A stretch of 64,000 nt of DNA from the human T2T-CHM13v2.0 reference genome, Homo sapiens: assembly GCF_009914755.1 (NCBI RefSeq), contig NC_060927.1; one strand, 5' to 3'. Shown here piece by piece: positions 1 to 16,099 of the stretch. The translations under genes were made by a program, and so were the position numbers. A model generated the notes under the pieces. That model was not told where the DNA came from. It ran no database searches and was given only the letters and a program-made list of their open reading frames with translations. Positions within the stretch are counted from its first letter, which is position 1, and the number at the start of each line of letters is the position of its first letter.

Positions 1-1030
1 CGGAGAGCTGTCGCGCCCGCTTCGCAAGCCCCAAGCTCCTCGTCGCCGGCTGCGGGCCCACCGCGGCCGGCGCGGAACGACTAGGCGGAGGACGGAATCC
101 GGCGCAGCGCTGCCGCGGTTCTGCCCCGACGCAGGCAGGCTTCTCCCGGGGAGTAAGGCATCCAGAGATCCAGCGCCGGGGCTCAGAAGCAGCCGGCCCA
201 GAGGGGCCCGCCTGAGAGCCGCGGCGCCCGAGAGGCGCTCCGGGGGGGCCCGCGGGAGCCCGGCTCAGGGCGCGCCATGCACGCTTCGGGCCCTGCGCCG
301 CTCCGGCCGCTCGCGCCGCTCCTCCCTTCTCGCCCGCTCGCCGCCGCCGGAGAGCCCTCCGCATCCCCTCCTCCCGCTGCCTCCCCGCCCCCCGCGCCGC
401 CCGGGCCTCGGCTCACAGCCGCGCGAGGCCGCCTCCGCCCCCGGCCTGGCCATGGCCCCAGCCTCGGCGCCCCGCGGGCATCCTCAGGCCTGGCCGCGGG
501 CACCCCAGTTCCCCTTCCTCACCTAAAATTCTCGCTGCGCCCCTCCCTCCCTGGGACTAGGAGCCGCATCCAGCCTGCGGTCCCGTCACCAGACCTGGGT
601 GGAGCGCGGTCTTCCCCCGCCCCCGGCCAGGGCTCCAGCGCCCCCAGTCCTAGCTCCCCTCTTTTGTATCCCCCTTTAATCCCCCTCCCCCCATTTAACC
701 CAACTTCAGCCCCGGCGCTGCGCCCCCCTTCCCTGGCCCGGCTCGATTGGCCGCTTCCGGAGCTGTCAGACTACAGTCCGGCGCTCTTATTGGGCGATTC
801 TCTGGCCCGGCGGCTGTGCCAAAGGAGGGCGCACCGGGTGGGGGGCGCCTGGGCAGCGAGTGCCTCAAGGAGAAGGAGAACAGAGTCCCTGGAGGGGTCT
901 CAGGGGCCGGAGAGCCAGACCCGGAAATGGACAGGGGAGATGCAGAAACAGGACTTCTGAGACGCAGGAAGACAGTGATGGAAAAGATGGTGATGCAGTG
1001 GGTGAGGCCGATGCAGCCAGGGCGGGGCGG
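1..1030. promoter_or_regulatory. ADCY5: CpG island / promoter region, inferred upstream of ADCY5 (minus strand; CDS outside window)
   Basis: Very GC- and CpG-rich to ~900, with GC boxes. Gene identity is inferred only from recalled adjacency of ADCY5 to the HACD2 3' end; no ADCY5 coding sequence is visible. Confidence 0.7.
690..793 (-). promoter_or_regulatory. Core-promoter motif cluster: two CCAAT boxes, ETS site, ACTACA motif, TATA-like TTAAA
   Basis: ATTGG at 746-750 and 789-793 (CCAAT on minus), CTTCCGG at 754-760 (CCGGAAG), ACTACA at 770-775, ccatttaacc at 691-700 (GGTTAAATGG on minus). Confidence 0.55.
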
Positions 1031-1189
1031 ACAGGGAGGCTTTGGTGGGTAGTTACCAGGAGAAAGCCCCACAGTGAACACTGGAAACACCTGGCTTTTA
1101 TAAAGCGCTCTTTGCCTGTTCGTAAAGTCTCATAAATCTCACTTGGTTCCCGTCAGTAATCCTAGGATGAGACAGAGGACAGAGACCGT

Positions 1190-1320
1190 GTAGCTATTCC
1201 CAGCTTATAGATGCAGAAACTGAGGCTCTGGGAGCTTATTCAACTTGCTATAGGTCACACAGGTCTACTAACTTGGCACCCAAAGGTCCTTCGTCAGCGC
1301 CAGACTGCCTCCCTAACCTA
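1190..1320 (+). mobile_element. MIR fragment
   Basis: MIR core-like: atagatgcagaaactgaggctc...aacttgc...ggtcacacag. Confidence 0.6.
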
Positions 1321-2261
1321 ACAAGGTGTTAGCAGGAAGGATGGGCACCTGAGCAAGCTGGCGTGCCCACTTGGGGGGAAGCAGGGGAAGGGGAAAATGG
1401 CTAGATACACAGCACCAGCCACAAGAGGCAGGAATGGAGAGAAGGATTCGACTGCTAGGCAAAAAGGACGTAGGCCTGTAGAATGATGTGTCTACCCAAT
1501 TCCCTTTGCCCCCAAGCTGTCCTGCTGGAGTTCTGACAGTCTAAACCCTGGAGAGGTGGGAGACCACACTCCTACCCAGCCTGGGGGTAAACAGCTTTTA
1601 CTTTCCCCTTCTTCATCCTCCAACTCTCTCCCCAGAGCTTCTGACAGGGAGCCTAGAGGTCTAAGTGAGCTTCCTTCTTTGTCTCTCTCTGCTGGTCATC
1701 TCTGCAGACTGGAAGATAAACCTTGCCAGAGTTACAAATTGGGAGGAGAAAAATTCCAAGAGGTCAGAATAAACTAACCCTTGGGTAATCCAGCCTTTGA
1801 GTATTCCACTATTAGCCAAGTTGTAAAAAAAAACATGAATTTAGTCAATAAAAATTCTAGAGAACCCTCAATGTACAAAGCATTGTGCTAGTTGCTACCA
1901 GGATAGAGAGATGACCAAACTCTAGACCGGGAACAAGTCGAACAAGTCAGTGACGGAGAAGAGCTAGCCACTATCTCTAGGTCAGAGCAAAGTTCTGGGT
2001 TCAATAGAAGTGCAAACAGCACCTCGGGCATTCAGAGAGAGGGGGTGTCACTTCCCACTGTGAGGGCCAAACAAGGGCCTGGAAGTCAAACCTGGGTCTA
2101 GCAGGGAAGGATGTCTAAGAAAGGGAGGATGGACTAATTAATATTTACTAAGCAACTGTTGTATGTCTGTAAACATTTTATTGTCAGATAACTATTCTGA
2201 GGAAGGTTATCCCCACTATAAAGATGAGAAAACAGACTTAGGGAATCAAAAAGTTTGTCCA

Positions 2262-2857
<596 letters not shown>

Positions 2858-2885
<28 letters not shown>
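2858..2885. repeat. (TA)n microsatellite at Alu tail
   Basis: About 14 TA units. Confidence 0.95.
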
Positions 2886-3217
2886 GAGTTTGCCCAAAGC
2901 TCATAGTTGTAGCAGTCTGCTCGTTGTATTCTACCATGCAGCAATGTAGCAGATATGACATGGGTGGCACCCTCAAGACATAGTCAACTGCACGGACAGG
3001 GGCCACAGGGCCAGAGGTATCAAGGCTATTGATCAAGGTTCCATCCTTGATCCTCTCATCTTCTCATTCCCAGAGCTATCCCTAAGTCATTCCTCTTAAT
3101 TTTATTCAATTTTTAAAAATAATTGTCTTACAACAAAAGCCATGTATGATTGATGTGGGAAAAAAATTAAAAAGAAAGAAAACACACTCATAATCATATC
3201 ACCAAAGAACCAGTATT

Positions 3218-3523
<306 letters not shown>

Positions 3524-3803
3524 TTAATTTTTTTCTTAAACAATAACTGGATCTTTTACTCTACAATTAGTTTTAGAGTCTACCATTTTCTACTTAGCAA
3601 AATATTGTGGATTTTTTTTCATGTCAATAAGCATCCATCTACAATATCCATTTTACTGTCCAAATTGCATGGGTATAGTATACTTTATTTAACCAATCCC
3701 CTACTGTTAGGCATTTTTCACTGTCATAGCAGTTTATAAATAAAAGTTTCCCCTCCTTTACTATTATAAACAGTGAGCATTTCTGTAGATAAATTTTCAC
3801 ACA

Positions 3804-3940
3804 AGCTGGGCACAGTGGCTCACATTGGTAATCTCAGCTACTCAGGAGGCTGAGGTGAGATGATCTCTTGAGCCCAGGAGTTCGAGGCCAGCCTAGGCAA
3901 CATAGAGAGAATGCTGTCTCAAAAATAAATAAATGAATAA
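3804..3940 (+). mobile_element. FLAM-type Alu monomer
   Basis: Single 7SL-derived monomer with an aaat tail. Confidence 0.85.
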
Positions 3941-4499
3941 AAATTTACACATATCCTTAGGAAAAATTCCTACAAATAGAATTGCTGGGCCCAAGGATAA
4001 GCATGTTTTTTTCTCTAAGATATTTTTGAAATCTGTATCTTCAGCCCTTGCCTCCCTTCCCAGTTCCAAGCTTCCCTCTGGCTACTGGAGAGCTCCCCAT
4101 CGATGCTCCTTGGGACTCACCAGATCCCAAATTCACTGTTTCTGAAAATAAGGTCATCTCCCAAGTAGCTTGCTCCTCACTCCCTTTTCATGCTGCTGGT
4201 GGAATTACCTTCGTCCAAACTCTGTGATCTTAAGAGTGATAATATCTCCTCTGCCTTGTCTTTTCGCATTTGTCTCTTCTTCCACATTCTCTTACCACAG
4301 CCTTCATCCCGATCATCCCCTTCCTTGCCTGGATAATTGCCAACTCTCCCTCCTTGCCCTCAAATCTGTCCTCCGCCTTGTCCTCATCTGATCTCACTCC
4401 CACTGAAATCATGTCCACAAAACAGCCTGTTCCTACCTGCCAGCTTTCACTGTGAGTTCACCACCTTCCTGTCACCCAGCCCCCATGAACTGCTCTTGT

Positions 4500-4810
4500 G
4501 CCTCTGCAGAGATAACCCTTTTTCCTCCACAAATCAAACTCAGCACCTGAGGGAAGCCCTCCCTAATACCCCTCCCCTCCCTCCACCCCTCCCCCATGCC
4601 AATAGGCACTCCCTCCTCCTCCTCTGCCCCCAGCACACCTTGCTTATATCTATTATAGCACCTGTCACATTGTATTATCTTGACTTGTTTACGGAACGGT
4701 CTCCACAGTCTGCTGAATGCCTTGAGGGTAGAGTTGGGATCTTATTCCATGCCCAGTGTTTAGCCTGGTGCCTGGCACATAGGAGGTGCCCAATAGTTGC
4801 TGGATAAACA
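4500..4810. mobile_element. L2 3' fragment
   Basis: ctgaatgccttgagggtagag...cctggcacataggaggtgcccaata resembles the L2 terminus. Confidence 0.65.
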
Positions 4811-5050
4811 CATGGCACATCTGGGGAATGGTAAGCAAGATGGAGTCTCAGGTATATGTAGGGGAGGAGGACTTTCGACAGTGGGTGAAGATGGACAGGT
4901 GAGTTGAACTCTGGAACATAGTGCCGAGGAGGTTGGGCTTCAGTTTAAAAACAATAAGGAGCCCCCAAATTTAGGGACAAAAGTGTCCTGGTTCATTCTG
5001 TTTTAAGAGGCAAACTGGTGATAATGTTACTACATTCAAGAAACAAGATC

Positions 5051-5338
5051 CCTGTAATCCCCGCACCTTGGGAGGCCAGCGCAGGAGGATCGCTTGAGGC
5101 CAGGAATTCAAGACCAGCCTCGGCACCATAGCTGATAATAGTGAGACCCCATCTCTACAAAAAAAATTTAAAAATTAGCCATGTGTGGTGGTGTGCCCCT
5201 GTAAAACCAGCTACTCAGGAAGCTGAGTCGGAGGACTGCTGGAGCCCAGAAGTTCAAGGCTACAGCGAGCTATGATCATGCCACTGCACTTCAGCCTGGG
5301 TGACAAAGTGGGACCCTGTCACTGGAAAAAAAAAAAAA
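5051..5338 (+). mobile_element. AluJ-like, 5'-trimmed
   Basis: Diverged Alu dimer starting at cctgtaatcc. Confidence 0.9.
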
Positions 5339-5593
5339 GTGGGAGTGTGTGTGGGAGACCAGTCAGGAAGCTATTGCAGAACAGATGTAGATTGGGCCAA
5401 AAGTGACCTGGTGATGGGAATGATGCCATTGGCTGGAAGAGGCCTGTGGAGGGCTGAGAAAGAAACCCTGTGGGGCTAAACCCTGGGTAAAGGAGGAGTC
5501 TTCACAGTCAGAAGAAATCAAGAAAAGCTGAGGATCACAGGAATGAAAGGCAGAGGTTTTCAAGACAAACTCCAAGATGTGCACCTGGTATCA

Positions 5594-5926
<333 letters not shown>

Positions 5927-6484
5927 TCATCAGAGAGAATGCCAACCTAAGCACCATCTCTTGTCTCTGTCTTAAGTGAATGCTTAGTTTGCTGGAGGTA
6001 TGGGGACGACAGACTCCAGAGCACAGCAGGCCCTTTGGGAGACCTATAGATACACCTCTGTTCCCCTCCAGCCATCTTCCCCCTCGTGCCTCAGTTACCC
6101 TTCAGGACTTAATTCTTCACTCCCACAGGCTGCTTTTTATAAGAATATTTCTATTTCAGAAATTAGAATATTCACATATTAATATTTTGGAATAATCAGA
6201 AATACTTTTAGAAGTGGGTAGCAATAATACTCCCCTACCTAAAAATAACTCCCCCACACACTGCTTAGAACTCCACTATTAGATAGTCATGCTTTGGGAT
6301 AACACTCATTTGCTAAATTGATTCAAAATCAATGCAGAAAATTGAGAGAGAAAGATTAGTGCTTGCCTAGGCCTGGGGAAGGAGAAGAACGGGGAGTGAC
6401 AGCTAACAGGTATAAGATTTATTTGGGGGGTAACGAAAATGTTCTAAGATTAGTTATGGTGATGATTGTACAAATCCATAAATA

Positions 6485-7200
6485 CAGTTGAACCTTGAAC
6501 AACACGGGTTTGAACTGCGGAGGTGCACTTATACCTGGATTTTCTTCTGCCCCTGCACTCCTGAGACAGCAAGACCAATTCCTCCTCCTCAGCCTGCTGA
6601 AGATGAGGATGAAGACCTTTATGATGATACACTTCCACTTAATGAGTAGTAAATAAATTTTTTCTCTTCCTTATGATTTTCTTTCTTTCTTCTTCTCAGA
6701 CGGAGTCTTGCTCTGTTGCCCAGGCTGGAGTGCAGTGGCGATCTCAGCTCATTGCAACCTCTGCCTCCTGGGTACAAGCAATTCTCGTGCCTTGGCCTTC
6801 TGAGTAGGTGGGAGTACAAATGTGCGCCACCGTGCCCAGCTAATTTTTGTATTTTTAGTGGAGACGGAGTTTCACAATGTTAGCCAGGTCTTAAACTCCT
6901 GACCTCAAATGATCCACCCGTCTCAGCCTCCCAAAGTGCTGGGATTACAGGCATGAGCCACTGCGCCCAGCCACCTTAACATTTTTTTTTTCTAGCTTAC
7001 TTTATTGTAAGAACACAGTATATAATACATATAACATATAAAATATGTGTTAATTGATGTGCATGTTATCTGTAGGGCTTCCAGTCAACTGTAGGCTATT
7101 GGTTAAGTTTTGGAAGAGTCAAAAGTTTATATGTGGATTTTTTACTGCGCAGGCACTGGTGCCCCTAACCCTAACCCCTGCATTGTTCAAGGGTCAACTG
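6485..7200. mobile_element. Tigger2a (MER28)-like Tc1/mariner element, both ends intact
   Basis: TIRs cagttgaaccttgaacaa / ttgttcaagggtcaactg, flanked by TA at 6483-6484 and 7201-7202. Confidence 0.85.
6678..6972 (-). mobile_element. Alu nested in Tigger2a
   Basis: Reverse-complement Alu dimer. Confidence 0.95.
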
Positions 7201-7304
7201 TATACTAAAAAGCACTGAACTGCACACCTTAACCAGGTGAGTGTTACGGTATGTAAGTTATATCCCAATAAGATGGTTGGAAAAATGAATGCAGATACCC
7301 CTGA

Positions 7305-7721
<417 letters not shown>

Positions 7722-9135
7722 TAGGAGAATGAATGCTTGCTATTTAGGAATAGGGATGAGTTAGGAAGGAGAGAAGAACCCTTGGGACCAGAGAGCATTT
7801 CCTGGGTCAAATGAAACCATAGAATGGGAGACACTGAGTAGAAGAGGGGCTGAGGGCCTGGGTGCCTGGGAGCTAGAAGGAGGAGGGCAAAAATGAAAGC
7901 CAGTTAGGAACTGGGGGTCAAAAATGAACTTTGCCCCCTGCACAGTTTTGTCCAGGAGAGCCCTGCACTGTGAGTTATTCAAAAGGAGTTAAGAAACTCT
8001 ATGAACCCAAGGCTCTCTTGAGACTGAAAAGGATATTAAAGATCATCTCATTCCGACAGTCAGGTAGAAATGACTCTACAAAGTGTGCCCAACCTCTCCT
8101 AGATGTTTACATTTTGAGAGCAAGCCCCATGCTCCAAACTAGAGAGATGACTTACCTTTCCCGCAGGGAACTATCTACTTATTTTCCCTAAGTCAGAGAA
8201 TAGTTAACAGGATGGCGCATTGGGCATCTTGCGGGCTGGTCATCCATCAGGCAATGGGGCCCAGCATCTTAGCCATCAGGTACAAATGACTGAGTCCCTG
8301 GGAACCATCCTCCACTGCAGCTGGGACCCCACCATGAGCTCTGAACTTCAGCCCTCTTACTCTTGACCTTTGGCTTGGAAATCAAGGATGATACGTTTGT
8401 AATTAGCCATCTGGGGAACTGGACCCTAGATTTTTCCAGACCCCATCCTTATGTCTAAACCTCTGGGCCTCAGAAAACAGGAAATAAAGAGCTCAGATTG
8501 GAGCTGAGGTGGAAATGGCTGATAATACCATGATCTACCACTCTCCCAGGTGTTGACATTTGCATTTTAATGGAGGCGGTTAAGGCCTCCAGTGCAAGGA
8601 GTGACTAATATGTTATTTCAATTGCTCCTGGAGGTAGGTGGGAGACCCTTTGTGGCCCAGGGCCTTTTGATGTCCCTCTAGTCACATCACAAGGACTGCA
8701 CCTGATTGGTAGCTGCCAACCCTTTGGACTCTGATGCCCACATTCTACATTTGATCTTTGTTCCTGTTCTTGATTTTACTTTCCTTCTTGCACTTTTCCT
8801 GAATCCTTTTTTACTAAAAGTCTGGGAACATCCCCGTGAGTCATTTATTCTTTCAACATACATAAACTGATTACCCATTTGAAGCAGAAAACTATGCTGG
8901 GCACAGCTGAGTGGGGTGAGTAGGGGGCACCTGCGAGGTATGTCAGCAAGATCCACCCCCAGGAAGTCAGAGGTGAGGAATTCACAGAAAGAGCTAGAGA
9001 ACAGACAGCACAGCAGCAGCAGAGATGGGCCGTGCAGCTTTTGCCAAGTGCTTCTTGAACACTCCAGACAAGAGGGAGTGAATTCATAGAAGAAAAATAT
9101 TCCATAGGTTGGAATGAGCAAGAAGTCTTTGGGGA

Positions 9136-9592
9136 GGCTGGGCGTGGTGGCTCCCTCTTGTACTCCCAGCACTTGGAGAGGCCAAGGTGGGCAGTTCGCT
9201 TGAGTCCAGATGTTCAAGACCAGCTTAGCGAACATGGCAAAACCCCGTCTCTACAAAAAATAAAAAAATTAGCCAGGCGTGGTGGTGAGTGCCTATAGTC
9301 CCAGCTATTCAGGGGGTACTGAGGCAGGAGGATCGCTTGAACCTAGGAGGCAGAGGTTGCAGTGAGCTGTGATGGCACAACTGCACTCCAGCCTGGGTGA
9401 CAGAGTGAGACTCCATCTCAAAAAAAAAGAAAAATTAGCCAGATGTGGCGGTGCACACCTGTGGTCCCAGCTACTTGGGAGACTGAGGTGGGAGGATCAC
9501 CTGAGCCTGAGAAGGTCAAGGCTGCAGTGAGCCACAATCGTACCACTGCACTCCAGCCTTGGGCAACAGAGTGAGATCATGTCTCAGAAAAA
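9136..9592 (+). mobile_element. Alu dimer plus an additional right monomer
   Basis: Full Alu to ~9430, then a second right arm (aattagccagatgtgg...catgtctc). Confidence 0.9.
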
Positions 9593-9642
9593 GGAAGGAA
9601 GGGAGGGAGGGAGGAAAGAAGGAAGGAAGGAAGGAAGGAAGG
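9593..9642. repeat. (GGAA/GGGA)n purine tract
   Basis: Pure-purine Alu-tail-derived repeat; five consecutive GGAA at 9621-9640. Confidence 0.9.
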
Positions 9643-9729
9643 TCAGTCTTCAGGGAATGGAGGTGGTTGGGGTGAGAAGGGGTCTTAAAGTATGCATAGG
9701 AGTTGGATATATGAGACTGGGTTGAAAAT

Positions 9730-10015
9730 ATCCCACTAGTCTCAAAAAAGCACATACTATATGATCTTGTTTATGTGAAATGTCTAAAAGAGGCAAATCT
9801 ATAGAAAGTAGATCAGTGATTACCTGTGTCTACAGCCTGGGGGAGGGAAATGGGGAGTCATTGCTAATGAGTACAACAGGGTGGCGAAAAGAGTTCTAGG
9901 ATTATGGTGATATGGTAAGAGCTTCCATGACTCTGTAAATGTACTAAAAATGAATTCCACACTTGAAACTTATGGTATGTAAATTATATCACAATAAAGC
10001 TTTTTTAAAAAAAAT
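9730..10015 (+). mobile_element. L1M 3' end fragment
   Basis: catactatatgat...ggcaaatctatagaaagtagatcagtg...aattatatcacaataaagct. Confidence 0.7.
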
Positions 10016-11445
10016 TGAGGGAAAAAAGTGGGGTCAAAGAAAAGCAATACTTCAGTAACCCTGCTTCATAAGTATGGAGGAAATATCCTAGTTTTAAGTC
10101 CCTCATCTTTTTTACCTTTAAAGTGGGCCTGCATGACTTGTCATGAGGAACAGAACAATAACGTGATGGTCCTTTTCAAATTATTCACCCTTACATAAAA
10201 TGGGAGGCATTCTTAATAATACCAAATTAATAAGTTTGCCCTTAATAAACCAGGTGTTCATTTATGAGGTTAGCATGGAATGAAATACATCCCCAGGTCT
10301 CAAGCGCTTGCATACATTTATGGATGGCTGTGAAAAATATTTTTATGTCTGTGCCGTATGTGTACCAACTCCTCTAGTAGTCTGGGAGATCTGCTCTTTC
10401 ATCTCTTCTGTGTTCAAAGCGGGGCCCCCAGGGCCATGCAGATGAGGTCTCTGTTCTCAAAGACGTTCCCTCTTTCAGGATTCTGACAGACTACAGCCTG
10501 CCTGCCCCGCAGACTGGAGAGCTGCATCCTCCTGCAGGCATGGGTGGTGATTAGAGTGGCCTGGGGAAGCTTGAGTGGTGCCGAGCATTGTTTCTCCCTC
10601 AGTGGCCGCTCTGGCCTTGGAGTGGTCCTGCCCAGTCTCTGTGTGGCCAACTCTGAATCTGTGATTGAGGATGGCAAACCAGGCTGTGTTAGAGATCGTG
10701 CTGGGGCTGGCTGACCTTCCCCAAACCCGGATAATCTCTCTCCTTGGCAACAGGCTGGGGCACCGGGGGACAGTGACAGATTGTGAAATCCTGTGGCTGG
10801 GCTTTCTAGAATTTACTTAAAAAGAGAAAACGGTAACAATACATTGCATTTGTGTCATGCTTTTGGAAACAAAGCAAGCAAGCAGTCTTTAAAAACTGCT
10901 CAAGGAGAAAACAGCTTTAGAACTGTCTGGTAGAGAGCAAACCAGGTGGGTAAGAAATGTGTTGTCTTATTCTTCTCCACTCAACAACATTGAGATGCCG
11001 AAAGTGTTAGGAGAAATCATTTTATTGGGGGGATGCAGAGAAAGAGAGAATGGGAGTGACTTGATCAAGATCACACAGCATTAGGGGCTGCGTTTGACCT
11101 AAACTTCTCGACTTTTTTCATCAGCCCAAAGCAGGCAGGCAGGATGAAGTGGGATGACATTACAGTTCACTTGGTCCACCTGAGAACCTGAGATTCTGGT
11201 ATGTACACAGCTTGTCTGAGTCAGGTTGTGAACTTGGTCCTTTAGGGCACATGAGAATATGTCTCTGCTTATAGGTCTGAAAGTAATAAGGAAGAGTAGG
11301 GTTTGGGGCATGAGAAAAATGGGCATTCTCCTGCAAAGTCATTTGCATTAAGTATCTTTAAGCAAGGCAGGACCAGACTCAACAGATAGGGATGGGTGGG
11401 ACTGCTTCTGTTGCCTAGGGAAGCTTAGTGGAGTTTGGAGATTTA

Positions 11446-12575
<1,130 letters not shown>

Positions 12576-12834
12576 TTTAATTTATTTATTGTAAGTGTAA
12601 AATGTAAAACCATAAAATTTCTAGAGGAGCGTGCAGGAGGAAAATCCTTGTAACCTGGAGTTAGGCAACAATTTATTTGATACAACACCAAAAGCAATTT
12701 ATTATTTTTCAAATTATTCAAATTTTTGATAAACTTTATTAAGAACTGCTCTTCAAAAGAAATTATTAAATGAATGAAAAGATAAGGCACAGGCTGAGAA
12801 ATTATGAACAGATAACATATCTAATAAAAGATTT

Positions 12835-13127
12835 GGCTGGGATCGGTGGCTCATGCCTGTAATCCCAGTACTTTGGGAGGTTGAGGCGGATGGATCTCCT
12901 GAGGTCAGGAGTTCGAGACCAGCCTAGCCAACATGGTGAAATCCTGTCTCTACTAAAAATGCAAAAATTAACCAGGCGTGGTGGCATGCCCCAGTAATCC
13001 CAGCTGAGGTGGGAGAATTGATTGAACCCGTGAGGCAGAGGCTTCAGTGAGCCAAGATCGTGCCACTGCACTCCAGCCTGGCAGCCTGGGCAACAGAGCA
13101 AGACCTCGTCTTAAAAAAAAAAAAAAA
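12835..13127 (+). mobile_element. Alu (AluS-like)
   Basis: Dimer with a small right-arm deletion and a cagcctgg duplication. Confidence 0.9.
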
Positions 13128-15334
13128 TTTATATGCAAAATCTCTAGAAAATGCTCTAAAGTCAGTAACAAGAAAACAACCCAATAAAAAATAGGCAAAA
13201 GATTTGAATAACCACTTCATTCAAAATGGGTGAGGATATATGGATAACATATAAGGACATGAAAGGATACTAACATCATTAGTCATTAGGGGAAAGCAAA
13301 TTGAAATCACAATGAGATACCACTACACACCTATTAGAATGGCTAAACTTAAAGAGTGGCCATACCAAGTGTTGGACAGAATATGAAGCAACTGGAACTC
13401 TCATACACTGCTGGTGAGAATGCAAAATGGTACAATCACTTGGAGAAGAGTTTGACAGTTTCTTAAAAAGCAAAGCATACTCATACCATAGAATCCATTA
13501 TTTTACTCCTAGCCAAGAAAAATGAAAGCATATGAACATATGTCCACAAAAAGACCTATATGCTAATGTTTATAGCAGCTTTATTTGTAACTAGAAATAA
13601 CCCAGATATCTGTCAACAAGTGAACAGAAAAACAAGTTGTGGTATATTCATGTAATGGAATAATACTCAGCAATAAGAAGGGATGAACTACTGATAAATA
13701 ACAACATGAATGGCTCTCAGTTATAACTATCCTGAGTAGAAAAAGCCAGACACAAAAGGAGTACATACTGTATTATTCTATTTATTAAAAATTCTAAAAA
13801 ATGCAAACGAATTCTGTAGGGATAAAAGCAGATTGGTGGTTCCCTGGGGATGGCAGGGAGCAAGGAAGAGCAGAAGGGCTTGATTGCAAAGGGACACATG
13901 GAATTTGGGGGGTAATGGATATTCATTATCCTCATTGTGGTGATGATTTCATAGGGGCATGTGTATGTTTGTATAATGTCAAAAGTTATCAAACTGTTCA
14001 CCTTGAATGTGTGCATTTTATTGTATGTCAGTTGTGTCTCAATGAAGCTATTTTTTAAAAAAGAAGAAAAAATCCTGATCGTGTCATTTCTTTCTTTAAA
14101 CACTCTGTGTAGTTTAAGCAGCCAGTCCAACTCCCCAGGCTTTCTGTTTCTTATCTCACCACAGTGGCTAGCTCAGCAGCCACTCTGTCCTCTGAAGCCT
14201 TCCCCTTCATTCTAGGTGACCACAGGTGAGATCTGTATTGCCACTATGAGTGATATGGACTACCAGGTGCTATCTCCCAATGTAAATAGAGGATCATTGT
14301 TGCCTTCCAATCCAACTAGGTGAGAGAGCCAATCTCAGATGCTCATTTCATTAAGAGTCTGTTGCTTGCCACCATCCTGGTGTCAAACACTCTATTGGGG
14401 AGGGTTAGTCACGGAAAGCAGAATCCACTCTACCTAGTTAAAACAGAAAATAATGTATTAAAAGATGCCGGAGACAAGTTCAAGGAGGAAGTTCTTAGCC
14501 ATTTCTGCATAAGGGAATTACCTCAGTATGTGAGGAATGATCTGACTGTAGAATGATGCTATCTCCGTTACAGAAGTACCATTTAATGGTGCGTCTCTCC
14601 AACACATCATAACTTCCCAAGTCACCTTCTTATCAAACTGCTACTAAAACTCAACTTGGAGCCTTTGATGAATGGCATATTCCAGGTATGGGGTAGGGAA
14701 AGGACAAGGTGAACCTGGAATACCTCATTGGGCTAGAAAGCAAAGATGTGCTCAAAGATTGATGGGGACATGTGAAAAGAACATGGGATGATACACATCT
14801 GTTAAAATGGATGAAGCAAAACAACAACAATAATAAAAATCTGACAAGGTTGCAAGAAGTGATTCCAGGCTCACTCCAGGATGATTCAGCGAACCAGCCG
14901 TCTGATGTAAATGAGACACCTCCCACGGAAGACCTGGACGTGGATCAAAGACAGAGGATCAGCCTCCCTGGGAAATCTTTGAGGAAGCCACCAGGATCGT
15001 GTCCTGGTGGAAATCAGGAGTCTTGAGTTCTAGGCTGGCCCTGCTGCTTACCAGCTCGTGCCTACCAAGAGCAAGTCTTTTCCTCCTCAGAGCCACAGGT
15101 GTCCGTGTGTGTTAATAAGTGGGAAGGGGTGGACACTAAGAGTTTTCAAACTGTGTTCCTTGAAGCCCAGGACTCCTGGGATTTGCTTTGGGATGCTGCA
15201 AGGGCCAGAGGGAACCGGGTTAGGGGAGAGCTGCACCCAGAACAGACCAGCTTTTACCTGCTTTATGTTTGGCAGGTTTCATTCTCAGTTGACAACCTCA
15301 GGGGTGCAAAAAAATCAATTCCTTCACTTTCTAA

Positions 15335-15940
<606 letters not shown>

Positions 15941-16099
15941 TGAGACATGGGTGCCTTTTGGGAGCTCACCAGTGTCCCCCTGCTTTTCTCTCCTCATCCC
16001 ACAGCCCCACTCCCCAACCTGGGAAAGCCCTTCCTAGCCTGGGGGAACTCTCCCTTTGTGTTTCTTCAAGACGTTCATTTAGTCTTTGCCAGAGTCCCC

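Larger units (their letters stand above)
6330..7272 (+). mobile_element. L1M 3' end, interrupted by Tigger2a
   Basis: L1M 3' UTR motifs (gttgcctagg, aatgttcta, ggtgatgattgtac) resume after 7200 as tatactaaaaagcactgaactgcacac. Confidence 0.75.

Noticed and set aside
277-960. 227-aa plus-strand ORF and overlapping ORFs in the CpG island
   Set aside because: Pro/Ala/Arg/Gly low complexity, expected from stop-codon scarcity in GC-rich DNA; no recognisable domain.
7163-7178. cctaaccctaaccc telomere-like repeat
   Set aside because: Only about two units, inside the Tigger2a end; not an interstitial telomere array.
9593-9642. GGAA microsatellite as an EWS-FLI1 response element
   Set aside because: Only five consecutive GGAA; an ordinary Alu-tail derivative.
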